Source: Candidatus Poribacteria bacterium
GTDB lineage: Bacteria > Poribacteria > WGA-4E > UBA9662
DNA length: 64,000 nt
Assembly: GCA_046582655.1 (NCBI GenBank)
Contig: JAYGDX010000280.1
Coordinates: 98,493 to 162,492 of the forward strand
Direction: 5' to 3'
The position numbers and the translations under genes are program-made. Positions within the stretch are counted from its first letter, which is position 1. Each line of letters starts with the position of its first letter. Shown in pieces: positions 1 through 10,865 of the stretch. Below the pieces are notes generated by a model. It saw nothing but the letters and a program-made list of their open reading frames with translations, had not been told where the DNA came from and made no database searches.

Positions 1-2164
1 ACTGTCTATCAGCACTTTACCAGTTGGTGCAACTATCTATGTTGACCGACGACAGACCTCGCATAAAACACCGCACATTTTGCAACTTGATACTGATATA
101 AACCAGCGAAAACAAGTAGTGGTGGGACTGAAACTAACCGGATATGAAATCGAGGTAATAGATGTAGATCTACGTAACAATGAATTAGTTGAATTGGCAA
201 ATATTCGCTTAAAAAAAATAGGACAACGGGTACTTGAAAACGGAGTAGAAGCAACAGATTGGCAAAAAATACAAGCTGAAATGACTTTGATACCTGCCGG
301 GAAATTCCATATGGGAACTCCTAAAAATGAGACTGCCGAATGGATAAAGAATACACATCTGGCACATACCGTCGAGTTAGGCTCCTTTTCTATTGACACC
401 TATGAGGTGACAATAAAACAATATCAACAGTTTATCAGTGCCACTGGCCATAGAGCCCTACCGGAGTGGGTAAGTAAGTACTCACCCACAGAGAATCATC
501 CGGTAGTGGGTGTCAGCTGGTACGACGCCACTGCCTATGCTAAGTGGATGGGTACGCGTCTGCCAACGGAAGCTGAGTGGGAATATGCAGCTCGAGGTGG
601 ACTGATAAATCAACGCTATGCATGGGGAAACTCGCAACCTAGTGGAATAGAATGTAACTACGCAGACAAAAATGCAGATCCTGTTCTGAAACAAATAGAC
701 AAAGGATATCACTGGTCGGATTTAAATATTGATGATGGTTATGCTTATACAGCACCGGTGGGCAGCTATTTGCCTAATGGTTATGGTTTGTACGATATGG
801 CAGGTAATATCTATGAATGGTGTGCTGATTGGTTTGGCGAAAACTACTATAGCCATTCATCAACCCGCAATCCAGAAGGCCCAAGTTCTGGGGATAAACG
901 GGTACTGCGCGGAGGGTCTTGGAACTATGATACCTATAGTTTGCATGTGGCCAGCCGTATTGGCAGCAATCCATATAGTACAAACAGCTTCGTTGGATTT
1001 CGTTGTGTGTTAGGATCAAGTCCTCCAGAGGCACGCGCAACCAAAAAAAATAAGACTTCTGGTGCGATCCCTCAAACCAATTTACTGTATAATCGGAACG
1101 AACAAGGAATCCCCAGTCAGAACTTTGAATCATTAAAAAAACAACTTGAGCAAACAGTTAAAATTAATCCCTCTGCCGATGCATATTATCATCTAGGCGT
1201 GATTTGTGGTATGCAATCACAATGGAAGACAGCCATTATCAATTTGGAACATGCCGTTGCTATTAATCCAGATTATGCGGAAGCATTCAACAAATTAGGC
1301 AAAGCGTACTTGATTGGCCTAGCACAAGCAAAGGAAGCAGTTCCTTTTCTAAAGAAAGCTATTGAGATTGATGCTAAATACGCGGATTCATATAAGCTTT
1401 TGGGAACAGCTTATCTTCATCAGGATTCGAATAGGGAGGCAATCGAATACTTTGATAAAGCAATACACTTTGATTCTACTGACACAGAATCTCTGTACCT
1501 TTTAGGATTCTGTCATTACCAGGAAAATAGACTTAAAGAAGCTATTTCACATTTTGAAAAAGTGATTGAGAAAGACCCTTTTTACGCTCAAGCCTACTTC
1601 AATCTGGGAAATTGCTATTTCCGAACAGGACAAATCGATAAAGGGAGATCAGCTCTAAATAATTTCCAGCAACTGAGCCGTGATCTAGAGCAAATCAAGA
1701 TCCTTGATCACTATTTGCAAAATGATTCAAAGGACCTGGAAAAATGGAGTCAGTTAGCACAACTCTTGGTAAAACATAATAGGTGGCAGGAATCAACCAA
1801 TGCCTTAGGCAAATGCGTGCTACTCGACCCACAAAATCCTGATTATTATGAAATGCTTGGATATGCTTATTTACAAATCAAATCACATGAGGATGCTGCT
1901 GGAGTATACAAAGAAATTATCAACCTGTATCCGGATGTTGCCGAATATAGAAATAGCCTTGGTATTGCCTACATGCTGACGGAAAGGTACATTCGTGCTA
2001 TTGATCAATTTCAGTTGGCAATTCATGTGGAACCCCTTAAGGCGAATTACCATTTGAATTTGGCTAAAGCTTATCAACAAATCAACCATCAGTTAAAAGC
2101 CGACCAGGCGTTGAGCGAGTATCGACGCCTAGATCCTGAGGCACCAGACCCACGTCAAGAATGA
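1..2164 (+). CDS. PEGA-like + FGE-sulfatase (CLec fold) + TPR protein, 5'-truncated by window edge
   Basis: Frame is open from base 2 (LSISTLPVGATIYVD...TP, PEGA-like). RLPTEAEWEYAARGG, PVGSYLPNGYGLYDMAGN and RGGSW...GFRC mark the FGE-sulfatase domain. The C-terminal half is TPR repeats. Confidence 0.85.
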   Translation, partial: LSISTLPVGATIYVDRRQTSHKTPHILQLDTDINQRKQVVVGLKLTGYEIEVIDVDLRNNELVELANIRLKKIGQRVLENGVEATDWQKIQAEMTLIPAGKFHMGTPKNETAEWIKNTHLAHTVELGSFSIDTYEVTIKQYQQFISATGHRALPEWVSKYSPTENHPVVGVSWYDATAYAKWMGTRLPTEAEWEYAARGGLINQRYAWGNSQPSGIECNYADKNADPVLKQIDKGYHWSDLNIDDGYAYTAPVGSYLPNGYGLYDMAGNIYEWCADWFGENYYSHSSTRNPEGPSSGDKRVLRGGSWNYDTYSLHVASRIGSNPYSTNSFVGFRCVLGSSPPEARATKKNKTSGAIPQTNLLYNRNEQGIPSQNFESLKKQLEQTVKINPSADAYYHLGVICGMQSQWKTAIINLEHAVAINPDYAEAFNKLGKAYLIGLAQAKEAVPFLKKAIEIDAKYADSYKLLGTAYLHQDSNREAIEYFDKAIHFDSTDTESLYLLGFCHYQENRLKEAISHFEKVIEKDPFYAQAYFNLGNCYFRTGQIDKGRSALNNFQQLSRDLEQIKILDHYLQNDSKDLEKWSQLAQLLVKHNRWQESTNALGKCVLLDPQNPDYYEMLGYAYLQIKSHEDAAGVYKEIINLYPDVAEYRNSLGIAYMLTERYIRAIDQFQLAIHVEPLKANYHLNLAKAYQQINHQLKADQALSEYRRLDPEAPDPRQE

Positions 2165-3849
2165 AGCCACGTCAACTGACCCATCTATTTCTCATATTTC
2201 TATCCAATTTATTACAAGCTGAATCACAGGTTCAATTTGTCGATATTACGGCATCGACCGGAATCAATTTCCGACATTCAAATGGAGCGAAAAACGACTA
2301 TCAACTGCCGGAAACACTGGGATCTGGAGGTGCTTTTTTTGACTACAATAACGACGGATATTTGGATCTTTATCTGATAAACAGCGGTGATTTCGGTAGC
2401 CAAGGAATAAGTAAAAATTCCGATCAATCATCAAACACAAGTTTGCTCTACCACAACAACGGTGATGGCACTTTTAAAGATATCACCGCATCTGCAGGAA
2501 TAGGCAACAAGAACAATTACGGTCAAGGTGCAGCTACTGCAGACTACGATAATGACGGCGACATCGACCTCTACGTGACAAATTTTGGTCACAACAAACT
2601 GTACCAAAATAATGGGAATGGAACTTTCTCAGAAGTAAGCAAAAAAGCGGGTGTCGCAGATCCCTCGTGGAGTACCAGCGCAACTTTTTTCGACTATGAT
2701 CGCGATGGATATCTCGACCTCTATGTGGTTAATTATGTTGTTTATTCACTAACAGCTTCTTATCGCAAGTGTTATGACGATGATATTCGTAATTACTGTC
2801 ATCCTAAATATTTTGAGGGATCCCCGGATCAGCTATATAAAAACAATGGAGACGGCACATTCACCAATACGACAAAAGCTGCTGGAATTAGTGATATTGG
2901 GGGTCCTTACCAAGGAAAAGGACTTGGAGTTGTTGCTGCTGACTTTAATAATGACCGGTATCCAGATCTCTATGTTGCTAATGACGACACCCCAAACTAT
3001 CTGTTCCTAAATGGAGGTGATAGCACGTTCATGGAAATCGGGATATTTACAGGATGTGCTTATAGTAGTGATGGTGTCGCACAAGCTGGTATGGGAGTTG
3101 ATACTGGAGACTATAATGAGGATGGATTATTAGATATATTTGTTACCAATTTCTCGTATGAAACCAACGCTTTATACCAGAATAATGGGGATGGGACGTT
3201 CACTGATGTCATTTATAAATCTCGTCTTGGTGAGGAAAGCTACCTATCTTTAGGATTCGGTGCCAATTTTCTAGATTACAATAATGATGGATACCTAGAT
3301 CTATTTATTGCCAACGGGCATATTTCTCCAAACATTGAACAAACCATAGATGTTGTGACGTATGCCCAACCAAACCAGCTTTTTCAAAACAATAGGAATG
3401 GGACATTCACCGAAATGTCCCGAGAATCAGGCCCTCATTTCCTAGAAAAGGCTGTCAGTCGAGGAAGTATTTTAGGCGACTATGACAACGATGGTGATAT
3501 AGACATTGTTGTTACACAATTGAATGGACCTATTGCGTTTCTACGAAACGAGAACGGGAACGCACAAAATTGGCTGCGCATTCGAACAGTTGGGGTTCTT
3601 AGTAATCGTGATGGTGTCGGCACCCGCCTGATATTTAAAGTTGGAGACCAAGTTGTCATACGCGAAGTTCGGGTGGGATCAAGTTATCTTTGCAGTCGTG
3701 ACCCAAGAGTACTATTGGGAGTTTCAGATCATGAGTTTATTGATAAAATTGAAGTCCATTGGCCCAGTGGCATAACACAAATTTTTAAAGATACAGCAGT
3801 AAATCAGCAATTGGATATAATTGAAAAAGGGACGCCAAGTCTTAACTAG
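2161..3849 (+). CDS. CRTAC1-like FG-GAP/VCBS repeat protein with C-terminal ASPIC/UnbV domain
   Basis: Signal peptide; repeated DYNNDGxLDLY motifs; C-terminal SSYL...LG...VHWPSG; ATGA overlap with the upstream gene. Confidence 0.9.
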   Translation: MKPRQLTHLFLIFLSNLLQAESQVQFVDITASTGINFRHSNGAKNDYQLPETLGSGGAFFDYNNDGYLDLYLINSGDFGSQGISKNSDQSSNTSLLYHNNGDGTFKDITASAGIGNKNNYGQGAATADYDNDGDIDLYVTNFGHNKLYQNNGNGTFSEVSKKAGVADPSWSTSATFFDYDRDGYLDLYVVNYVVYSLTASYRKCYDDDIRNYCHPKYFEGSPDQLYKNNGDGTFTNTTKAAGISDIGGPYQGKGLGVVAADFNNDRYPDLYVANDDTPNYLFLNGGDSTFMEIGIFTGCAYSSDGVAQAGMGVDTGDYNEDGLLDIFVTNFSYETNALYQNNGDGTFTDVIYKSRLGEESYLSLGFGANFLDYNNDGYLDLFIANGHISPNIEQTIDVVTYAQPNQLFQNNRNGTFTEMSRESGPHFLEKAVSRGSILGDYDNDGDIDIVVTQLNGPIAFLRNENGNAQNWLRIRTVGVLSNRDGVGTRLIFKVGDQVVIREVRVGSSYLCSRDPRVLLGVSDHEFIDKIEVHWPSGITQIFKDTAVNQQLDIIEKGTPSLN

Positions 3850-3907
3850 TTAGCCAGTTAAGATGTCCCTCAAAGTAATCAGATAATAAAGGCTTTAGGA
3901 GAGTCAC

Positions 3908-4660
3908 ATGTCAGAATCAGGACCAATCGTACCAACTGTGCTTAACTCACAATTATCAGCAGAATTACAGTCAGAAGTCGATTTTTTCCTAAAATGGGGA
4001 TACTTGGTTGTTGACGATGCATTAACAGAAGAACAACTAGAAACACTCAAAATTGCGCTTGACGAAACCTATGAAGGAGTCGATGATGAAACACAATTCG
4101 TTGGCGAACTGCTAGAACAGGATGAACGCTTTGGCTTTTTAATCGATAATCCTCCGGTGCTGGAACGAATTAAAGCAATTTTGGGAAACTGTGTACAACT
4201 TCATAGTGCGACATCACGTGTTACACAACCGGGAGCAACCGATCAGAACTGGCATCGCGATGGTCCTTGGCCTGTTGACCCTTGTGGCACACCTTACGGA
4301 AGTTTGCCTGGACAAGTTAATTGCGGATATTTTCTTGATGAGCTAACAATGGAAAATGGTCCTATCGTCATTGTACCTGGTAGTCAGCGGGCGCTATTTC
4401 GCCCGCCGGAAGGACACCCTACTTTCCCAGATCAAAAGTTTGTACTTGCTAAACCCCGTCAAGCTGTTTTTTTCGACGGGTGGCTCTACCACAGAGGTTC
4501 AGCTAACAATTCGCCACAGGAACGCCGAGTTTGCTTAATGTGTTATCAGAATGCTTGGATGAAGTCGCGAGAGCCTTTTAATGGTCCTCGCGTTACCAAA
4601 CTGCGGGAGGAGGGATCTCCAGAACGAAAACTCCTGCTTGGTAGCATAGGACATTGGTAG
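3908..4660 (+). CDS. Phytanoyl-CoA dioxygenase (PhyH) family 2OG-Fe(II) oxygenase
   Basis: GYLVVDDAL, WHRD, NGP..VPGS, distal H (YHRG) and R; RBS AGGAG. Confidence 0.9.
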   Translation: MSESGPIVPTVLNSQLSAELQSEVDFFLKWGYLVVDDALTEEQLETLKIALDETYEGVDDETQFVGELLEQDERFGFLIDNPPVLERIKAILGNCVQLHSATSRVTQPGATDQNWHRDGPWPVDPCGTPYGSLPGQVNCGYFLDELTMENGPIVIVPGSQRALFRPPEGHPTFPDQKFVLAKPRQAVFFDGWLYHRGSANNSPQERRVCLMCYQNAWMKSREPFNGPRVTKLREEGSPERKLLLGSIGHW

Positions 4661-4731
4661 TATAAAACGATGGTGATATATTTCATGAATATCCAATATA
4701 TCTGTAAACAGGCAAGTGGTTCTAGCATATC

Positions 4732-6414
4732 TTGAAGAATTACCTGCGTTACCTACCCCTACTTACTATTCTCCCCGTCGCACTACTTGACTTTCTCACG
4801 CCTTACGGATTCGCTATTTTCACTGATGTGACTGAGGAATCAGGTATTCACACCGTTACTTATAGTGGTAGCCAAGACAAAAAGCATTTGCTGGAATCAA
4901 TCGGTTGTGGAACAGCATTTCTTGATTATAATCGAGATGGAAACCAAGATGTGTATATCGTTAACGGGTGGAAAATCAAAGATGGGCGTGTCGTGGTTAA
5001 AGGTCAAAATGCGCTCTATCGCAATACCGGAAATGGGACTTTCGAAGAAGTAACTGAACAAGCGAAAGTGGGCGATAAAAGTTGGGGAATTGGCGTTTGT
5101 ACCACGGATTATAATAACGATGGTTGGCTCGACATGTACATTACTAACTTTGGCGCTAACCGTTTGTACAGCAACAACCAAGATGGCACCTTTACCGATG
5201 TCGCTGCACAAGTAGGGGTTGACGATAAACGATGGAGCGTGGGAGCGTCATTTTTAGATTTTGATAATGATGGTGATTTAGATCTATACGTAGTGAATTA
5301 CGTTACCAGCTCCATTTCAGAGGTTTTAGATGCAGAGTTGTCGCAAGATTGGAAAGGAGTTGCAAACGTCATGAAGGGCCCCCGTGGACTAAAAGGGTCC
5401 GCTGATGCTTTTTATCGTAACAACGGAGACGGTACGTTTACTGATGCAACGATAGAATCTGGTCTGATTGATATTGGAGCGTTATATGGACTTGGTATCT
5501 GTACTACTGATTATGATCTGGATGGAGACATTGATATTTATGTTGCTAATGATGCGTCACCTAACTACTTATATCAAAATAACGGAAATGGAACATTTAC
5601 GGAAGTAGGTTTATACGTGAACGCCTCAGTGGCTAACACCGGGTTACCTCAAGCAAGTATGGGAATTGACTTTGCTGATTTTGATAATGATGGTGATTTC
5701 GACGGAATCTTAACCCATTTTAGCGGTGAATGCAGTACATTGTATAGAAATCTAGGGGATGGTTTCTTTGAGGATGCATCTGAATCCGTGGGATTATGGC
5801 AAAGAACATATCTACCTATGAGTTGGGGAACAGGGTTTTTCGACTATGATAATGATATGGATTTAGATCTATTCATTGCCAATGGACACATTTACCCACA
5901 AGTGGATAGCCATTTAGCATACGGTGAATCTTATGCTCAACTTAATCAACTCTTCAATAACAATACGGGCCATTTTAAAGAGATAACATCAGAAGCGGGG
6001 GATGGATTTAGCATACGATTGTCAAGTCGAGGAACCGCCTTTGCAGATTACGACAACGATGGGGATTTAGACATTTTAGTAATTAACATGGATGCTTTAC
6101 CAACACTCCTGAGAAACGATGGTGGAAATACAAAAAGTTGGTTGTTGATAGAATTAAAGGGAAATAAAAATATAAGTGGGATTGGTTCTATTGTTTACGT
6201 AAAAACAGGGAACTTGACGCAAATGAGAGAGGTTCGATCAGGTAATAGTTATGCCTCCCAAAATGAGTTAAGAACCCATTTCGGGTTAGGAGACGCTGAC
6301 TTGGTTGATAAGATCTCGGTAAAATGGGTTAGCGGTGCGACTTCGGCATTACATAATATTGCCGCACGGCAAATAATACAGATCGTTGAACCCAAGACCA
6401 ATTCTGAGAATTGA
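4732..6414 (+). CDS. CRTAC1-like FG-GAP repeat / ASPIC-UnbV protein
   Basis: Repeated D[YF]DNDGDLD motifs; C-terminal SYASQ...HFGLG...VKWVSG. Confidence 0.9.
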   Translation: MKNYLRYLPLLTILPVALLDFLTPYGFAIFTDVTEESGIHTVTYSGSQDKKHLLESIGCGTAFLDYNRDGNQDVYIVNGWKIKDGRVVVKGQNALYRNTGNGTFEEVTEQAKVGDKSWGIGVCTTDYNNDGWLDMYITNFGANRLYSNNQDGTFTDVAAQVGVDDKRWSVGASFLDFDNDGDLDLYVVNYVTSSISEVLDAELSQDWKGVANVMKGPRGLKGSADAFYRNNGDGTFTDATIESGLIDIGALYGLGICTTDYDLDGDIDIYVANDASPNYLYQNNGNGTFTEVGLYVNASVANTGLPQASMGIDFADFDNDGDFDGILTHFSGECSTLYRNLGDGFFEDASESVGLWQRTYLPMSWGTGFFDYDNDMDLDLFIANGHIYPQVDSHLAYGESYAQLNQLFNNNTGHFKEITSEAGDGFSIRLSSRGTAFADYDNDGDLDILVINMDALPTLLRNDGGNTKSWLLIELKGNKNISGIGSIVYVKTGNLTQMREVRSGNSYASQNELRTHFGLGDADLVDKISVKWVSGATSALHNIAARQIIQIVEPKTNSEN

Positions 6415-6558
6415 GTTCCTATTCCAAACTGCAAGCATACCATTATTCAGCCAAGTATTTCAATGTGCTCACATCTTTTCTCTACAGACATTGACTCTCA
6501 ATAGTATTCTGACAGTCATCATCCTCTGTAAAGCTTACCATAATATAATCAGAAGTAA

Positions 6559-8469
6559 ATGAACAAAAACAACAATAAAACATATGTTTCAATCCACACA
6601 ATACTGATTGCAACTGCATTAATCCCAATAAATATTTATTGGAATGTGCAAATGGAACTAGTCAGGTACTCGGGACTACCAACAACCATCTCGTTATTCT
6701 TTAATGTAGTATTTAACCTGCTGATCCTGTCTTTATTGAACATCGGAATAAAGAGGTTTTTAGATAGAACATTATTTAAACGCGGAGAGTTATCTATAAT
6801 TTATATTGTGTTGTCCATAGCATCTGGTATTGGTGGACATAGCATGATGCAAATTCTCCCACCTATGTTGGGTCATCCTTTCTGGTTTGCTACTGAAGAA
6901 AATGATTGGAAGAACCTGTTTTGGAAACACATTCCTTCATGGTTATCCGTCAATGATAAGTCTATACTCAAGGGATATTATGAGGGTGGTTCTTTATACA
7001 ATATTCAACATTTGAAAATTTGGATTACTCCAATTGCTACTTGGTCTGTTTTTATTTTTGTTGTGTTGCTAATCATGCTTTGTATCAACATTATCATCAG
7101 AAGGCAGTGGGTAGAAAATGAAAAGCTGAGTTACCCAATCATTCAACTCCCCTTAGAGATGACAAGTCCCAATTTTTTCTCTAACCGTATGATGTGGATT
7201 GGATTCATCATTGTAGCCGTCATCGATATTGTAAATGGACTCCATTTCCTGTTTCCAACCATTCCACAAGTATTTAGTAAAAGATACAACATCACATTCC
7301 CTAATCCACCATTTAACGCCATGGGCCGTTTACCTTTCGCCATGTATCCCTTCGTTATTGGTCTTGGGTTTCTGATCCCATTGGATCTTAGTTTTTCCTG
7401 TTGGCTCTTCTTCTGGTTTTGGAAACTGCAACTTTTGTTAGGTAATGTAATGGGGTTAAGATCACTTCCTGGTTTTCCATACATCAATTCGCAAGCTTTT
7501 GGCGGATACATTGGTGTAACCATGATTGCTATATATACTAGTCGAAAACATCTCCTTGGCATTTGCAAACGGTTTTTTGCTTCCGAAAAATCATTGGATG
7601 ACTCCGGCAAAGCTATGTCATATAGGACAACTATCCTCGCTTTATTGGGGGGAATATTATTTCTGATCGTTTTTTGCCATCAGGCGGGAATATCAATAAC
7701 GGTTACCTTTGTTTTTTTCATTCTTTTCTTCCTGATTTCTTTAGGCATAACGCGGATGCGGGCAGAACTTGGTGCTCCAGTCCATGATATCCACTATACG
7801 GGACCGGAACAGGTAATGGTTTGGGCAGTGGGAACTCAAAAGTTAGGTGCTGCAAACTTAACTGGACTTTCCTTTTTCTGGTTTTTAACCAGAACCCATT
7901 ACAGTCATGTTATGCCTCATCAATTAGAAGGCTTTAAATTGTCAGCCAGTACAGGAATCAGTCAAAAACAGGTAACTTTTGCTATGGTCCTGGCTGCCGG
8001 TATAGGTATCTTATCCGCCTTCTGGGTGTTACTGCATATTCCGTATCAAATGGGGGCATTAACCCGAATTCCCTTTCCAACAGTCAGTGCTTTTGGCAGG
8101 GAGCCATGGAGTCGACTGGAATCGTGGCTGATTAACCCATCACCAACGAATTACCCAGAAACCTTGTTTCTTGGAGTCGGTATATTATTCACCTTTTTCC
8201 TGATGTTCATGCGGATGAAATTTTTCTGGTTTCCCCTATATCCTGCGGCCTATGCGGTTACCAATAGCTGGGGTATTCATAACATATGGTTTTGTTTGTT
8301 TTTGGCGTGGGTGGTGAAACTGGTGATTCTTCGGTTCTTTGGCTTGAAGACCCATCAAAGAGCAATCCCCTTTTTCTTGGGATTAATTTTGGGAGAATTT
8401 ACTGTTGGTTGCCTTTGGACAATAGTCGGTATTCTATTTGGGATTTCTACGTATGGATTCTATACATAG
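6559..8469 (+). CDS. Polytopic membrane protein, DUF6785/DUF6784 type (putative transporter)
   Basis: Many hydrophobic segments; RRQWVENEKLSYPIIQLP, RMRAELG, FWFPLYPAAY, PFFLGLILGEF; paralog at 51442. Confidence 0.75.
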   Translation: MNKNNNKTYVSIHTILIATALIPINIYWNVQMELVRYSGLPTTISLFFNVVFNLLILSLLNIGIKRFLDRTLFKRGELSIIYIVLSIASGIGGHSMMQILPPMLGHPFWFATEENDWKNLFWKHIPSWLSVNDKSILKGYYEGGSLYNIQHLKIWITPIATWSVFIFVVLLIMLCINIIIRRQWVENEKLSYPIIQLPLEMTSPNFFSNRMMWIGFIIVAVIDIVNGLHFLFPTIPQVFSKRYNITFPNPPFNAMGRLPFAMYPFVIGLGFLIPLDLSFSCWLFFWFWKLQLLLGNVMGLRSLPGFPYINSQAFGGYIGVTMIAIYTSRKHLLGICKRFFASEKSLDDSGKAMSYRTTILALLGGILFLIVFCHQAGISITVTFVFFILFFLISLGITRMRAELGAPVHDIHYTGPEQVMVWAVGTQKLGAANLTGLSFFWFLTRTHYSHVMPHQLEGFKLSASTGISQKQVTFAMVLAAGIGILSAFWVLLHIPYQMGALTRIPFPTVSAFGREPWSRLESWLINPSPTNYPETLFLGVGILFTFFLMFMRMKFFWFPLYPAAYAVTNSWGIHNIWFCLFLAWVVKLVILRFFGLKTHQRAIPFFLGLILGEFTVGCLWTIVGILFGISTYGFYT

Positions 8470-8566
8470 GCATAATCTAGAGCCATGATAGAAAATCCCC
8501 GCACCATAATGAGTAAAAAAAGAACTCAATTTCAGAGTAACATTTAAAAAATTTCAGGAGGGAAAA

Positions 8567-9301
8567 ATGGATTATGTTAGCGATGTAGAAGATAAGCTTG
8601 ATCAACTTGATCGGAATGGTTATCTTCTTGTAGAAGGCGCACTTACACCGGAGGAAACGGAGCATGTACGCCAACGTATCAATTACGCGCGCCAACAAGG
8701 CTGGGAAGAAGGTCTCAATTCAGTTGGTAACATGTGGTTTGATACCTTGCTGGACCGAGAACCGGAAACCTATCAACCGCTAGTAGGTCATCCTAGCGTA
8801 CGTCCATACCTTGAAGGCATGATGGGAAAACAATGCCAGTTACGCAGTTTTCGGGCCCATATTAACCCTGGACCCTATCTTCAAGAATGGCATCTTGATT
8901 TCCATGGTTATTGGCACGAGAAAAGGGAAGCGAAAAAACATCGTTATGCTGTCTCTACTGTCAGCTTCAATACTACTTTTTATTTTCAAGATAATGGACC
9001 AGGATCAGGACATTTGAAATTTGTCAAGGATGGTCATCTATCTGAACCCAAATATATCTATGCTGGGGATTGGCCGAAATTTGAAGCTTGGTGTGATGCG
9101 CAAGAACATGTCATTGTCTATCCCAAGGCCGGAGATTGTATTGTATTTATTAACCATATGCCGCATCAGGGTGCCAAGGAGAGAGACGATATGGAACGCA
9201 GTAACGTTGTTTGCCACTATCAAGTAACACCAATGCATGATGCGGTACTTTATGTCTCCAGTCCAAGGGGTTATACTGGGACTTTCCCTTTTGTTGACTA
9301 A
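8567..9301 (+). CDS. PhyH-family dioxygenase, array copy 1
   Basis: GYLLVEGAL, WHLD, AGDC...PHQG, R; RBS AGGAGG. Confidence 0.88.
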   Translation: MDYVSDVEDKLDQLDRNGYLLVEGALTPEETEHVRQRINYARQQGWEEGLNSVGNMWFDTLLDREPETYQPLVGHPSVRPYLEGMMGKQCQLRSFRAHINPGPYLQEWHLDFHGYWHEKREAKKHRYAVSTVSFNTTFYFQDNGPGSGHLKFVKDGHLSEPKYIYAGDWPKFEAWCDAQEHVIVYPKAGDCIVFINHMPHQGAKERDDMERSNVVCHYQVTPMHDAVLYVSSPRGYTGTFPFVD

Positions 9302-9593
9302 TCCAATATGTCAATTGAGGTCAAGCGGATGTCTAATCACTTTGGTGATGGATCATGTAGCGGTTTGTCAAACGACACCAATAAAACCAGCGGTCAAAGG
9401 CAGATTTCGACGAAATATTAGTGGCACAGTACTTTGGACTAATTCTTGGAAGCAGGGAGGAGGGCGCTATATAGGTTCCCATTAAGCGATAGACCCATCA
9501 CAGACACATTTATTCTACATTTAAGCCAATATCTATATCTCTAGATACACAGTTAAAAAATTGATATAAACAAACACTAGATTTATTGAATTT

Positions 9594-9742
9594 ACTTTAA
9601 GGGATCAAATATGAATTCTAAAGTTGAAACTTTGTATCCCTTAAAGTGAGATAAAGAGGCTTAACAAACCTGATAAATGTAGTAGAGAAGCAATTATCAG
9701 GTTTAGAATTGTTTTGGGAATAACCTAATCGATTGGAGGTTA
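9594..9742. repeat. Three consecutive inverted repeats upstream of the FGE lipoprotein gene
   Basis: ACTTTAAGGGAT (9594-9605)/ATCCCTTAAAGT (9636-9647); AAACCTGATAA (9666-9676)/TTATCAGGTTT (9694-9704); TAACCT (9721-9726)/AGGTTA (9737-9742). Confidence 0.7.
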
Positions 9743-9802
9743 GATTTCAGTTAAATTCAATATCATCCACATAAAAGGTTGAGATGCATAAGGAGAAACG
9801 TT

Positions 9803-10741
9803 TTGTTTAAACATATGACAATGTTTTTGATGTTGTTAGGACTGGTTTTTATTGGTTGTGGAGAAGATGACCCTGACACAGAATCTGGACAGGGCACATC
9901 CAACGCAAAAGTCGTTAATCCGGGATCTAGTCAACCAGAAAAAGTCATACCGGAAGAGAAAGTCGACGAGGTTATAGCTGGACCAGCTAACGAAATCGTT
10001 TGGGAAAAGGATGGGGCTAAGATGGTTTTGATTCCCGCTGGTAGTTTTGATATGGGGGATCATTCAGCAGACGAGGAGGGACACGATTCCGAAAGACCCG
10101 TGCACACTGTAGAGTTAGATGCATTTTACATGGACTGTTATGAGGTAACAATGAAACAGTGGAAACTATTTAAGAAAGAAATTAGAGCTGAAGCAAAAGA
10201 AGCCTCGCCGATAGACGAACATCCTATAGGTTTTGTTAACCACAAAGAAGCCAAGGAATACGCAGCATGGGCTGGTAAGAGACTGCCAACAGAAGCTGAG
10301 TGGGAATATGCTGCTCGCGGTGGCTTAGTTGGTAAACGGTTTCCTTGGGGGGATAAAGGTTGGGATGATGAAAAGGTAGCTCGAGAACACTCCAATTTTG
10401 ACGGTAGAGTTGGCAAAGACAAGTGGAAAACCAACGCCCCGTTGGCAGTTTTCCTCCCAACGCTTATGGGTTGTTTGATATGGCAGGAAATGCGCCCGAG
10501 TGGGTAGCGGATGCCTATGATGCTAAATATTATAGTAAATCTCCTAAAAAAATCCGTTCAAGGAACCGAAAGGAGAATTCTACCAGAGTATCGCCCGTGG
10601 TGGATCTTGGAGATTCAATACTTTTCACATTCGTGTAGCTAAAACCGTGGGGCCTTCAATGCTTGGGCACATAACGGTGGTATTGGTCTCCGTTGTGTTA
10701 TCAGTAAAGAAAAAGCTGATCAGGCTCTTGGGAATGAATAA
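9803..10741 (+). pseudogene. FGE-sulfatase domain lipoprotein with three frameshifts (pseudogene or sequencing errors)
   Basis: Lipobox FIGC; RLPTEAEWEYAARGG. The domain continues in other frames: VGSFPPNAYGLFDMAGN after ~10440, NPF...RGGSWRFN after ~10552, and RGAF...IGLRCV...* after ~10644 to TAA 10739-10741. TTG start at 9803 follows AGGAGA. Confidence 0.8.
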
Positions 10742-10865
10742 ATTTAGCTAGCCTTAGAGCTACCATCTAGCGACCTATAAGTGAAGACCTTAACAGCTGG
10801 TTAATAACAACATCATTAGCGAAACAGCAAATCCTAAAAGATCAGAAATATTAGGAGAAATACCC

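Noticed and set aside
9308..9422. Short ORF MSIEVKRMSNHFGD resembling a TauD or ABC-ATPase N-terminus
   Set aside because: Only about 14 residues resemble anything and no further motifs follow.
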